Source: Candidatus Nomurabacteria bacterium | GTDB lineage: Bacteria > Patescibacteriota > Minisyncoccia > Phycocordibacterales > UBA9973 | Assembly (NCBI GenBank): GCA_021413905.1 | Contig: JAIOPO010000001.1 | Coordinates: 73,159-137,158, forward strand | Direction of reading: 5' to 3' | Length of the DNA stretch: 64,000 nucleotides | Part shown: one piece after another, positions 1-8,782 of the stretch | Layout: the number at the start of each line of letters is the position of its first letter | Numbering within the stretch: position 1 is the stretch's first letter | Made by a program: the position numbers and the translations under genes | Notes under the pieces: model-generated | Told to the model about the DNA's origin: nothing | The model's input: only the letters and a program-made list of their open reading frames with translations | Database searches by the model: none

Positions 1-111
1 ATGAAATTGCGCGAGAAACAAAAAAAAGGAAAGAAAAAAATGAAAGAACGTGGACGTGTAAATATTCCTCAAGATGTATTCTTGAAGATGATGCGTGCTG
101 GAGATAAATAA
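1..111 (+). CDS. C-terminal end of an unidentified CDS (basic, K/R-rich tail); partial at window edge
   Basis: In-frame run from position 1 to TAA at 109-111, followed immediately by a strong terminator hairpin. Confidence 0.3.
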   Translation: MKLREKQKKGKKKMKERGRVNIPQDVFLKMMRAGDK

Positions 112-119
112 AATATAAA

Positions 120-157
120 TTGCCCCGCTTCGCATATGCGAAGCGGGGCAATTTATT
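120..157 (+). terminator. Rho-independent terminator
   Basis: Perfect palindrome GCCCCGCTTCGCATATGCGAAGCGGGGC (122-149) followed by a T-rich tract. Confidence 0.6.
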
Positions 158-299
158 ACAAAACTATTTTAAACTAAAAATAGGAGAGTAAAGCAGTATC
201 ATACTGATAATAATAAGCACGCAAACCACTGACCAAATTATTTGTATTTTCTTTTGATGTTTTTTATTGAAAATCATAGTATTATTATAATATCAGATT

Positions 300-674
300 A
301 TGAAAAATTTTCAAGGAAAAAATAAATGGGAAAATATAATGCATTCAAAACCAGTTTTAGTATTATTTGGTGTTTTTTTAATATTTTTCATATGGAATAT
401 AATTCATTTTGTTTTAAAAACTCAAGAAACAATTAAAAATAGAAAATTTGCACAAGATAAAATAGTGGAATTAAAGAAAGAGAAAGATAGATTAACATCC
501 GATATCCAAAAACTTCAAACATCTGAAGGAAAAGAGTCGGCTATTCGTGAAAAATTTGGATGGATAAAACAAGGCGAGAATTTAGTGATTGTTGTAGATG
601 ATCAAAACCCTGGCACTGAAAAAAATCTAAAAAATAAGGGTTTTTTGTCTTTTATTAAAAATTGGTTTAAATAA
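300..674 (+). CDS. FtsB/DivIC-like septum formation initiator (N-terminal TM helix plus coiled coil)
   Basis: 124 aa; single TM segment then coiled coil and a C-terminal ESAIREKFGWIKQGE motif typical of the FtsB/DivIC family. Confidence 0.5.
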   Translation: MKNFQGKNKWENIMHSKPVLVLFGVFLIFFIWNIIHFVLKTQETIKNRKFAQDKIVELKKEKDRLTSDIQKLQTSEGKESAIREKFGWIKQGENLVIVVDDQNPGTEKNLKNKGFLSFIKNWFK

Positions 675-695
675 TAAATATGATATAATTATATT

Positions 696-938
696 ATGGA
701 CACTTTAATTCACGCAGATATATTTTTCTTTTTAGCTTCGATAGGCTTTTGTTTTATTTTTATTTTTGTAATTATTGCTCTTTATTATTTTGTATCAATA
801 TTAAAAAGTATTGACCATGTTACTAAAATAATCGAAAAAGATGTTGTTAGTGTGGATAGTAATATTCATGATTTTATATATGCAATAAAACACAGTTTTG
901 TTTTTAAATTATTATTTCCAAACAAAAAGAAAAAGTAG
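696..938 (+). CDS. Small hydrophobic membrane protein, hypothetical
   Basis: 80-aa ORF with two predicted TM segments; no recognisable motif. Confidence 0.3.
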   Translation: MDTLIHADIFFFLASIGFCFIFIFVIIALYYFVSILKSIDHVTKIIEKDVVSVDSNIHDFIYAIKHSFVFKLLFPNKKKK

Positions 939-976
939 TATAATATGAATTCATTATTAATTAATTTTTTAAATTT

Positions 977-1210
977 ATGAAAAACGTAGAAATTTATTCA
1001 ACACCGACTTGTCATTTTTGCAATTTAGCAAAAGATTTTTTTAAGGCAAATAATGTATCTTATACAGAATACAATGTAGCGACAGATTTGGAAAAAAGAA
1101 AAGAGATGGTTGATAAAAGTGGACAAATGGGTGTGCCTGTTATAGTTATTGATGGGCAAATAACTGTCGGTTTTAATCAGCCTACAGTGGCACATATGCT
1201 CGGTATGTAA
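977..1210 (+). CDS. Glutaredoxin-family thiol-disulfide oxidoreductase (CxxC)
   Basis: 77 aa; start IYSTPTCHFCNLAKDFF with a CHFC redox motif and GVPVIVIDGQ fold signature of the YruB/NrdH-like glutaredoxin subgroup. Confidence 0.6.
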   Translation: MKNVEIYSTPTCHFCNLAKDFFKANNVSYTEYNVATDLEKRKEMVDKSGQMGVPVIVIDGQITVGFNQPTVAHMLGM

Positions 1211-1264
1211 AGAACTTAGAACTATTCCCTAGTATATTTTAGGGTTCTATGTTAGTATTAGGTA

Positions 1265-1891
1265 ATGCGGGGGATATCAACTTCGGAAAATATAGTTAAA
1301 GAAATAAAAATGCTTAGGTCAAAAGGGCATAGTATTTTGGAAATATCAAAAATAGTAGGCAAGAGTAAGTCTATTGTTTCAAAGTATATTTTTGGAGTAA
1401 AAATTCTTCCGCAATATAAAAATTTATTAAAAGAAAAACAAGGAGGTAGTAGAATTAGGTCTTTGAAAGAATGGAGTAATGCACGTTTAGAAGCAGAAAG
1501 TTTCATAAGTAATATTTCAAAAAAAGAAAAACTGTTAATTTTGGCTTCGTTGTATTGGGGTGAAGGAACAAAAAGTGAACTTAATATAATAAATGGCGAC
1601 CCAAGTATGCTTAGAGTATTTTTATCTTGCTTAAAAGAACTTGATATAGTTAATTCTCAAATAAAAGCTTCTATTAGAATTTACGAAGACCTGAATCATA
1701 AAGATGTTATTAAATTTTGGTCAAATGCTATTCAGTTACCCATGGAATGTTTTAAGAATGTAAATGTATTGAAAGGCAAAAAGACAGGTAAATTGCCTTA
1801 TGGAATGTGTAGACTAAGGGTTGAAAAAAGTTCAAAATACTTTAAACTGATTATGTCTCTCATTGAGAGAATAAAAATACTGCCGTCGTAG
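1265..1891 (+). CDS. HTH-domain protein with a possible degenerate LAGLIDADG-like motif; hypothetical
   Basis: 208 aa; N-terminal helix-turn-helix (GHSILEISKIVGKSKSIVSKYI); internal LASLYWGEGTKS resembles a LAGLIDADG block; 3' end overlaps tRNA-Arg by 10 nt. Confidence 0.35.
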   Translation: MRGISTSENIVKEIKMLRSKGHSILEISKIVGKSKSIVSKYIFGVKILPQYKNLLKEKQGGSRIRSLKEWSNARLEAESFISNISKKEKLLILASLYWGEGTKSELNIINGDPSMLRVFLSCLKELDIVNSQIKASIRIYEDLNHKDVIKFWSNAIQLPMECFKNVNVLKGKKTGKLPYGMCRLRVEKSSKYFKLIMSLIERIKILPS

Positions 1892-1953
1892 TTCAATGGA
1901 TAGAATAGCTCACTCCTAACGAGCTGATACAGGTTCGATTCCTGTCGATGGCA
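1882..1953 (+). tRNA. tRNA-Arg (anticodon CCU)
   Basis: Cloverleaf folded by hand: acceptor GCCGTCG/CGATGGC, T-arm ACAGG-TTCGATT-CCTGT, anticodon loop CTCCTAA; CCA not encoded. Confidence 0.75.
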
Positions 1954-1995
1954 CAAATTATTGGCTTTTTTGTATGATTATGATAATATAAAAAT

Positions 1996-2244
1996 ATGGA
2001 CCCAGAGTCAAAAAAAATGTTAGAAGAGACATATGCAATAGTTTCTGAGAACAATAAGATTCTTAGAAAAATGCGTAGTGCTCAAAGATGGGCTTCCATT
2101 ATGCGTTATTTGTATTGGTTTGTAATAATTGGTTTAGGCGTCGGATCTTTTTATTTTATTCAACCTTATGTTGATCAAATGCAAAAAATTATAAAAGATT
2201 CTGGAGCGACAATAAATCAATTTAAAAATATTTTTCCAAATTAG
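1996..2244 (+). CDS. Small membrane protein, hypothetical
   Basis: 82-aa ORF with one central TM helix. Confidence 0.3.
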   Translation: MDPESKKMLEETYAIVSENNKILRKMRSAQRWASIMRYLYWFVIIGLGVGSFYFIQPYVDQMQKIIKDSGATINQFKNIFPN

Positions 2245-2266
2245 CCAAGGTGGCTGTTTTGGTAGG
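2244..2266 (+). repeat. Degenerate copy of the 5' end of tRNA-Phe (pseudo-tRNA fragment)
   Basis: GCCAAGGTGGCTGTTTTGGTAGG matches the intact tRNA-Phe start GCCAAGGTAGCTCAGTTGGTAG 70 nt downstream; no T-arm or acceptor 3' strand. Confidence 0.4.
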
Positions 2267-2314
2267 TATACGCAGTTAGTAAGGTATAAAATATTTTGTT
2301 TGAAAATTTAATAT

Positions 2315-2387
2315 GCCAAGGTAGCTCAGTTGGTAGAGCGCTCCCCTGAAGAGGGAGATGTCACCAGTTCAACTCTGGTCCTTGGCA
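2315..2387 (+). tRNA. tRNA-Phe (anticodon GAA)
   Basis: GCCAAGGTAGCTCAGTTGGTAGAGC...; anticodon stem CTCCC/GGGAG with loop CTGAAGA; T-arm CCAGTTCAACTCTGG; acceptor pairs perfectly. Confidence 0.85.
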
Positions 2388-2396
2388 CACATAAAC

Positions 2397-2426
2397 AAAA
2401 ATCCCCATATGGGGATTTTTGTTTTC
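2397..2426. terminator. Bidirectional rho-independent terminator (serves tRNA-Phe and the convergent hsp20 gene)
   Basis: AAAAATCCCCATATGGGGATTTTTGTTTT: GC-clamped hairpin flanked by an A-run on one side and a T-run on the other. Confidence 0.6.
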
Positions 2427-2891
2427 TTATGAAGATTTTACTTTCAAATTTTTCTTCTTTTCTTTATCTATTTTAGGAATAGTTATTGTTAGGAGTCCGT
2501 GTTTTTCTACTGCTTCAGCTTCTTCTGGTTCGACTTCGCAAGGTAGTAGCATTGTTCTTGAAAATGTACCCCAATATAATTCTTTTGCAAAATAATTTTC
2601 TTCGTCTATCGTTTTTGTTTCGTGTCTTTTTCCACGAACAGTGATCATATCACGTGCAATAGTTATTTCTAAATCTTCTGGTTTCACTCCGGCAACCATT
2701 GTTTGCACTACGATATCTTTAGGAGTTTGATATACATCAATAGTGAGTTCAGCTTCTTCATTTTCTTCTTCCATCCAGTTTTCTTTCTTTTCTCCTTTTA
2801 CTGTAATTTTTTTAGGTTCTTCAAATACTTCTTCTTCGTTTTGAATACTGCCTGTTAATCTTTCAAAAAAACTTCTTTTTTTATTTTCCAT
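2427..2891 (-). CDS. Hsp20/alpha-crystallin family small heat-shock protein
   Basis: 154 aa; alpha-crystallin domain pattern (DVYQTPKDIVV...GVKPEDLEITI...LTITIPK) with acidic N-terminal region. Confidence 0.8.
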   Translation of the reverse strand: MENKKRSFFERLTGSIQNEEEVFEEPKKITVKGEKKENWMEEENEEAELTIDVYQTPKDIVVQTMVAGVKPEDLEITIARDMITVRGKRHETKTIDEENYFAKELYWGTFSRTMLLPCEVEPEEAEAVEKHGLLTITIPKIDKEKKKNLKVKSS

Positions 2892-2932
2892 ATGTTTTTA
2901 TTTTTTCGTTTTTGAAACGATTTTAATTAATT

Positions 2933-3640
2933 TTAATTTTCTCCACTCATTCTTCTTAATTTTTCAAAAAGTAAGAGATTGATAATAGTTGTAACCCAAA
3001 GGAAAGCAAACACTTTTAAGAATTCCTTTCCACTTATATTCATTATAAAAAAATTAAACGTACTATGCAAGGCAATTGCGAATATTATTCCAAAAAATAA
3101 ATATATTTTTTTATAATTTTTACTTAAATAAAAAGATAAACCCAAAAATATACCTATCAATCCGCTCGAAACTGTATGTAAAAGAGTTGATCCCAGAAAA
3201 CGTAATTGACTTGTTATAAGTCCGTTGATTGATTGATTTAAAGACAATGGTTTTATTAAAAATAAAATATTTTCAATTGCAGCAAATCCTAAAGCTGCAG
3301 TTATTATATAAATAGCCCAATCTATTGGTTTGTTTATATATCTTGTGTTGAATAGTATTACAAAGATTGTCAATAATTTCATTATTTCTTCTACGCTAGC
3401 GAAACTTATCACTTGCCATAGATGTGATGTTATATGTGTTTGTAAAAATTCTTGTATTGGTAATACAAAAATAACAGCAATCATGCCCATGATAAAAGAA
3501 ATTGTTAAAATTATTTTTGGTTCAGGATCTTCTTTGTCTTCTCTAAGCCAAAACCAAAGCCAAAAAATAGAGGGGATTAATCCTCCGAGTAAAGCTAATC
3601 CTAAAATTTTAGGGTCGCTAGACATTTGGCCATTTTTCAA
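2933..3640 (-). CDS. PrsW-family intramembrane metalloprotease (CPBP-like)
   Basis: 235 aa, polytopic; conserved EExxK (VEEIMK), FxxxE (FAAIENILF) and HxxxN (LHSTFNF) motifs. Confidence 0.55.
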   Translation of the reverse strand: MKNGQMSSDPKILGLALLGGLIPSIFWLWFWLREDKEDPEPKIILTISFIMGMIAVIFVLPIQEFLQTHITSHLWQVISFASVEEIMKLLTIFVILFNTRYINKPIDWAIYIITAALGFAAIENILFLIKPLSLNQSINGLITSQLRFLGSTLLHTVSSGLIGIFLGLSFYLSKNYKKIYLFFGIIFAIALHSTFNFFIMNISGKEFLKVFAFLWVTTIINLLLFEKLRRMSGEN

Positions 3641-5780
3641 TCATTAAAAGATTTTTACTTTCAATAGGCATCATCGACCAAATTTCTTCGGTAACGAAAG
3701 GCATAAATGGGTGAAGGATTTTTATACAATCAATCCAAATAGGTAAAAGAATTTTTTTTATTTGCTGTCCTTCTTCATTATCTTTCTTACTTTCTTCGAT
3801 TAGCTCATCTGCAAATTTGTGCCATATATAGTGATAAATTTTTTCTGATGCTAAATGAAAACGATAATTTTCCATATCATTTGTAATATCTTTTGTAATA
3901 TCATTAAACTCGTTTACTATTTTATTTTCCCCATATGTCTGACATAGGGGAACCATTTGTCCGACATACGGATTATTATCTAAAACAAATCTCGTAATAT
4001 TCCAAATTTTATTTGCAAAATTTTTATAGCCTTTTATTTTATTTTCATCTACTTTACTATCTGTGCCTGGAGCTGTGCCGACAATGAGAGCCATACGTCC
4101 TGCATCAGAACCGTATTTTTGTGAAATTTCAATCGGGTCAACACCATTGCCTAAAGATTTAGACATTTTTTGCCCTTTTGAGTCACGAACTGTTCCATTT
4201 AAATAAATATTTTTGAAAGGTATTTCACCAAGCGCGTATTCACTCATCATTATCATTCTCGCTACCCAAAAGAAAAGAATCTCATATCCTGTTTCAATCA
4301 CATCTGTCGGATGATATGTTTCCATGTCTTTTGTTTTTTCAGGCCAGCCAAGTGTAGAAAAAGTCCACATTCCTGAAGAAAACCAAGTATCAAGAGTGTC
4401 TTCATCTTGTTTCCAACCTTCACCTTGTGGAGCTTCTGTTCCACAATAAATTTCTTCTTTACCTGCCGTGAGCGAAGTCGAACGGTACCAAACAGGAATT
4501 CTGTGCCCGTACCAGATTTGTCGGGATATACACCAATCTCGCAAATTATCTATCCAATGAAAATATGTTTTTGAAAAATATTCCGGTATTATTTTTATCT
4601 CTTCTTTTTCCAGCGGATCACGCATTAATTCTTTTAATGTTTTATTGCCTCGTTCTGGTATTGATTTATTTACATTTATAAACCATTGCAATTTTGGCAA
4701 GGGTTCGATGATACCTCCTGTTCGTTCAGCTGTGGAAATATTTTGTTTTATTTCTTCTTCTTTTTCTAAAAGATTTTGCTCGCGAAGCCATTCGACTATA
4801 ATTTCTCTAGCTTCTGTTGTTTTTTTATTAAGTAGATTTTCTCCACCAACAGTCATTTTGGAATATTCATTTATCACTTGCGGTCGAGAGAGTTCATGTC
4901 TGTCAGCTATTTCCCAGTCAATCATAGAATGCGCAGGGGTGACGCCGAGTGCACCGGTACCGAAAGTTGGATCAACTTCTTTGTCCGCAATTATTTTTAT
5001 ATGAAGTGATACACCACAAAATTCCAAATCATATTCTTTTCCAATAAATTCGATATAGCGAGTGTCTTCTGGGTGTACAGCTACAGCCACATCACCGACT
5101 TTTGTTTCAGGACGACTTGTTGAAATAGAAATAGGGAAATCTTTAGAATATTTAAAAGTATAGAGTTTTGAAGTTCTTTCTTCATAAACTATCTCATCAT
5201 CAGAAATAGTGGTTTGTCCTTTTGGATCCCAGTTTATTATTCTATTTCCACGATAAATGAGTCCATCGTCATACATTTTTTTAAACATTGTGTTAACTGC
5301 AATATTTCTTTTTTCATCTAAAGTAAAAGCTTCACGTGACCAATCACAAGAAGAACCCATTACGCGTATCTGAGAGGTGATGGTGTCGTGACTTTCTTGG
5401 GCATAAGTTTTTATTCTTTTTAACATTTCTTCTCGTCCTAAATCATGACGAGATTTTCCTTCTTTTTTTTGAACTTCTTTTTCTACTCGTGCTTGAGTGG
5501 CTATGGCTGCATGGTCTGTGCCCGGGAGCCAAAGAGTTTTATAACCTTGCATTCTTTTTTGGCGAATCATTATGTCTTGAATTGTGAGCATCAAAGCATG
5601 TCCCATATGTAAAACTCCTGTCACATTTGGCGGAGGCATTATTATTGTAAACGATTCTTTTATTACATTTGGAAGATTGTCAGGATTAAAAAAACCGCTT
5701 TCTTCCCATAGTTTGTAGATTTTTGATTCTGTTTCTTGTGGATTATAAGGTTTTAAAAGTTTTTCATTTGTTTCAGACAT
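3618..5780 (-). CDS. valS: Valyl-tRNA synthetase (short form lacking the C-terminal coiled-coil)
   Basis: 720 aa; class I HIGH region PPPNVTGVLHMGHA and a KMSKS motif; ValRS-type N-terminus. Confidence 0.85.
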   Translation of the reverse strand: MSETNEKLLKPYNPQETESKIYKLWEESGFFNPDNLPNVIKESFTIIMPPPNVTGVLHMGHALMLTIQDIMIRQKRMQGYKTLWLPGTDHAAIATQARVEKEVQKKEGKSRHDLGREEMLKRIKTYAQESHDTITSQIRVMGSSCDWSREAFTLDEKRNIAVNTMFKKMYDDGLIYRGNRIINWDPKGQTTISDDEIVYEERTSKLYTFKYSKDFPISISTSRPETKVGDVAVAVHPEDTRYIEFIGKEYDLEFCGVSLHIKIIADKEVDPTFGTGALGVTPAHSMIDWEIADRHELSRPQVINEYSKMTVGGENLLNKKTTEAREIIVEWLREQNLLEKEEEIKQNISTAERTGGIIEPLPKLQWFINVNKSIPERGNKTLKELMRDPLEKEEIKIIPEYFSKTYFHWIDNLRDWCISRQIWYGHRIPVWYRSTSLTAGKEEIYCGTEAPQGEGWKQDEDTLDTWFSSGMWTFSTLGWPEKTKDMETYHPTDVIETGYEILFFWVARMIMMSEYALGEIPFKNIYLNGTVRDSKGQKMSKSLGNGVDPIEISQKYGSDAGRMALIVGTAPGTDSKVDENKIKGYKNFANKIWNITRFVLDNNPYVGQMVPLCQTYGENKIVNEFNDITKDITNDMENYRFHLASEKIYHYIWHKFADELIEESKKDNEEGQQIKKILLPIWIDCIKILHPFMPFVTEEIWSMMPIESKNLLMIEKWPNV

Positions 5781-5826
5781 ATTAGAATAATATCATAAAA
5801 TTTAAGCATTTTCTACTTTGTTCATT

Positions 5827-6897
5827 TTACAATGACAAATTACCTACAGCTTTTATTTTTGCCGGATTTGGCACTTTTTTATTGTTTTTTATGTATTTCA
5901 AATAGCTTACTATACCTATCATAATGGCATTATCTGTCGACAATTTTTTTTCCGGGAAAAGTATTTCAAGTTTTGGATTGTCTTTTTTTAATTTCATTAT
6001 TTCTTTTCTTAAATATTTATTAGCAGATACTCCGCCAGCCACTATCAAAGTGCCAGCTTTGTGCAATGTTAAAGCTTTTTTTGTTTTGTGAATTAATGTT
6101 TCTACTACTGCATTTTCAAATTCTAAAGCTATTTTCATTTTTATTTCTTCATCTAATGTGCCGATTTTTCTTATTAAATAAAGCACAGCAGTTTTTAATC
6201 CGGAAAAAGAAAAATCAAAATTCTTTGAATACATCATCGGGCGAGGAAGAGTAAATGCAGGACTTTGCTGTAAAAGCAAAGTCCTGCCCAATTCCGCTAA
6301 CCTTGAAATCTCCGGACCGCCGGGATAAGGAAGCCCCAACATTCGCGCAACTTTATCAAAAGCTTCTCCTGCTGCATCGTCTAAAGTTTCCCCGATAACT
6401 TTATATTTCATCCAATCTTTTGCAAGGACTAATTCTGTATGTCCACCGGAAACCAATAGAGACAAAATAGGGAAATTTGTTTTAGGTATTTTAAATTCAC
6501 CTTTATTTTTTCCAAAGACTGAAAGTATGTGTCCTTCCATGTGATTCACCGGCATCAATGGCACGTTACATTTTTTTGCCAATTCTTTTGCAAAAACAAT
6601 TCCTGTCCAAAGTGCTGGTTCAAGACCAGGGCCATATGTGACAGCAATCAAATTTATTCCCTCAAGAGATTTTAATTTTCCTTTTTTCAATACTTTATTT
6701 AAAAGTATGGGCAAATTTTTTATGTGTTCACGTTTAGCTAAAGCAGGGAAGACTCCGCCGTATTCTGCGTGTATTTTTATTTGTGAAGATATTCCTTCCG
6801 CTAATACTTTAAAGGTTAGATTTTTCTCTCCACCTTTTGTTTCCAGTATTGCTATACCTGTGTCGTCGCAACTTGTTTCAATGCTTAAAATTTTCAT
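5827..6897 (-). CDS. tsaD: tRNA N6-adenosine threonylcarbamoyltransferase TsaD (Kae1/Gcp family)
   Basis: 356 aa; N-terminus MKILSIETSCDDTGIAIL, metal-binding HMEGH and C-terminal GGVSAN motif. Confidence 0.85.
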   Translation of the reverse strand: MKILSIETSCDDTGIAILETKGGEKNLTFKVLAEGISSQIKIHAEYGGVFPALAKREHIKNLPILLNKVLKKGKLKSLEGINLIAVTYGPGLEPALWTGIVFAKELAKKCNVPLMPVNHMEGHILSVFGKNKGEFKIPKTNFPILSLLVSGGHTELVLAKDWMKYKVIGETLDDAAGEAFDKVARMLGLPYPGGPEISRLAELGRTLLLQQSPAFTLPRPMMYSKNFDFSFSGLKTAVLYLIRKIGTLDEEIKMKIALEFENAVVETLIHKTKKALTLHKAGTLIVAGGVSANKYLRKEIMKLKKDNPKLEILFPEKKLSTDNAIMIGIVSYLKYIKNNKKVPNPAKIKAVGNLSL

Positions 6898-6987
6898 AAA
6901 AAGTCTATTTATAATAACAGATTTTGATATTTTTACAAATATTTTTTTATGTTATATAATATAAGAGTTATGGAAAAATGGCCAAAT

Positions 6988-7509
6988 ATGAAAAAGAAGA
7001 TTGTTGATACTGCCCGCAAGGTGGCTTTTGTTGCTCTTGCTTCTACTGCTGGAACGAGTGCTTTACATGGACAAATAGACAAAAATAATAAATTTGAAAA
7101 TACAAAAAAATCTTTACATGAAAGTGCACCAGCTTTCATACTAAAAGTTGTTTTACCTGTTTTAGAGAATAGTGTTCCGCCTAGGGCTTTTGATATTATT
7201 TATAATTTTTCTGAAATTAAACAGCCTGGTGATGAGATTTTACTTTATCGTCAGCTTGATAATAATACAGGTCATTTTTTACCTTGGACAGTAGCAGAAG
7301 ATCAAAATCATATTTCTCAACCTGTATTAGATCCTACAGGTAAACGTCAAGATGATAGGGAATATGAAAAATTTAAAATTATCTCTGTTTTCCCTTATAT
7401 TCCTGAAAAAGAAAATAAAATAAAAAAAGATACCATAAAACTTGAGAAAAAATCAAAAGACAAAAATGATGATTCTATTGAAGAGGAAAATGAAGATTCT
7501 TCTGATTAA
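6988..7509 (+). CDS. Secreted or exported hypothetical protein with an acidic C-terminal tail
   Basis: ORF called from 6949, but MKKKIVDTARKVAFVALASTAG at 6988 looks like the real signal-peptide start; ends 5 nt before tRNA-Val. Confidence 0.4.
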   Translation: MKKKIVDTARKVAFVALASTAGTSALHGQIDKNNKFENTKKSLHESAPAFILKVVLPVLENSVPPRAFDIIYNFSEIKQPGDEILLYRQLDNNTGHFLPWTVAEDQNHISQPVLDPTGKRQDDREYEKFKIISVFPYIPEKENKIKKDTIKLEKKSKDKNDDSIEEENEDSSD

Positions 7510-7514
7510 TATTG

Positions 7515-7588
7515 TGCGCGGTGAGGAATTCGAATCCCCGGCCTACCCCACGTCAAGGGGTCGCTCTAACCAGCTGAGCTAACCGCGC
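7515..7588 (-). tRNA. tRNA-Val (anticodon GAC)
   Basis: Reverse complement GCGCGGTTAGCTCAGCTGGTTAGAGCGACCCCTTGACGTGGGGTAGGCCGGGGATTCGAATTCCTCACCGCGCA folds as a cloverleaf with anticodon loop TTGACGT. Confidence 0.8.
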
Positions 7589-7596
7589 AAACTTTT

Positions 7597-8355
7597 TTAA
7601 CTATACTTAAAATTTTCTAAAATTTCAAGTTCTTCTTTTGAATTTGCAGCTAGTGCTTCATGTGGATTTATATTTATTGATTCTATTTTTTCTCCATCTT
7701 TCATTGCTATTTTTACCAAATCAGTCAAATAATATTCTTTTTGAGCATTGTCATTTTTCAATGTTTGTAATTTTTCAAACATCCATTTTGAATTAAAACA
7801 AAAGTAACATGGATTTACTTCCAATATTTTTTTCTCATCTTCATTTGCATCTTTGAATTCAACTGATTTTACAATTTTTCCATTTTCATCACGTATAATA
7901 CGAGAAAAATTTGAATAAAAAAAAGAACGCCAATCATTAAAATCAGGCAAGAGCACTGTCGCCATTGTTATTTTATTTTGATTTTCAATATGTTTATTTA
8001 CAATATTTTCTATTGTTTTTGTATTTATGAAAGGACTGTCTCCATACAATACCAATACATTTTCTGTATCTCCTATGTAATCTTTTGCGCACATTACTGC
8101 GTGCCCTGTGCCGAGCTGTTCTTCTTGTGTGATGTATTCATATTTATCACCAAGTTCTTTGATGACTTCTTCTTTTTTATAACCTACTATTATTCCTATC
8201 TTTTTAAACAAATTTGTTTTCTCTATGGATTCCAAAAGATGAGAAATCATGGGTTTGCCTTTTAGTGGCGCTAAAACTTTCGGCATTTCAGTTTGCATTC
8301 TTTTACCTTTTCCACCAGCCAATATAATTATTTTTATTTTTTCTGATATGTCCAT
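7597..8355 (-). CDS. Sugar-1-phosphate nucleotidyltransferase (GlmU N-terminal-domain-like uridylyltransferase)
   Basis: 252 aa; N-terminal IILAGGKGKRM nucleotide-binding loop and a GTGHAV motif; no left-handed beta-helix acetyltransferase domain. Confidence 0.6.
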   Translation of the reverse strand: MDISEKIKIIILAGGKGKRMQTEMPKVLAPLKGKPMISHLLESIEKTNLFKKIGIIVGYKKEEVIKELGDKYEYITQEEQLGTGHAVMCAKDYIGDTENVLVLYGDSPFINTKTIENIVNKHIENQNKITMATVLLPDFNDWRSFFYSNFSRIIRDENGKIVKSVEFKDANEDEKKILEVNPCYFCFNSKWMFEKLQTLKNDNAQKEYYLTDLVKIAMKDGEKIESININPHEALAANSKEELEILENFKYS

Positions 8356-8614
8356 AGATAGAAATTATACTCGGTAGTGAAATTTTTAGCAAAAATTCTA
8401 CTACGGGGTATACACTTAAAGATTTATATAAAACCATTATTACAAATTCCGAAAGTCTCGGTGGTAAATTCGGCTACGCTGTTTTGATTACTCTTATTGG
8501 AGTTATTATATCCATTATTTTAGGTAAAATATTTATTCGCAATAAAAAAATATCCCTTTCAAAAATCGATTAATTTTTTGCATTTTTAAAAATACATGTT
8601 AATATATATTTACT

Positions 8615-8668
8615 GGCCCTATATTTTAACCAAGTTAGAATATAGTGGACATCGCCTTTAAAGGCGAG
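8615..8668 (+). repeat. Degenerate pseudo-copy of the tRNA-Glu 5' half
   Basis: GGCCCTAT...TAAC...GTTAGAA...GGACATCGCCTTTAAAGGCG parallels the intact tRNA-Glu through the anticodon stem (anticodon mutated TTC to TTA); no T-arm. Confidence 0.45.
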
Positions 8669-8710
8669 AGAAATTAAGTTAAAGTTTTGAATTATTTTTG
8701 AAAAATATTC

Positions 8711-8782
8711 GGCCCTATCGTCTAACGGTTAGGACATCGCCTTTTCAAGGCGGTAATCAGAGTTCGATTCTCTGTAGGGTCA
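8711..8782 (+). tRNA. tRNA-Glu (anticodon UUC)
   Basis: GGCCCTATCGTCTAACGGTTAGGACATCGCCTTTTCAAGGCGGTAATCAGAGTTCGATTCTCTGTAGGGTCA; anticodon loop TTTTCAA; T-arm GAGTTCGATTCTC. Confidence 0.85.

Noticed and set aside
3330-3647. 105-aa plus-strand ORF inside the PrsW-family gene
   Set aside because: Antisense shadow ORF overlapping a convincing membrane-protease frame
4645-5004. 119-aa plus-strand ORF inside valS
   Set aside because: Antisense to a well-supported valS reading frame; low-complexity Ser-rich translation; typical shadow ORF
6949-6987. Upstream extension of the 186-aa ORF (start at 6949)
   Set aside because: A signal-peptide-like MKKK start at 6988 is more plausible; the extension overlaps the tsaD promoter region
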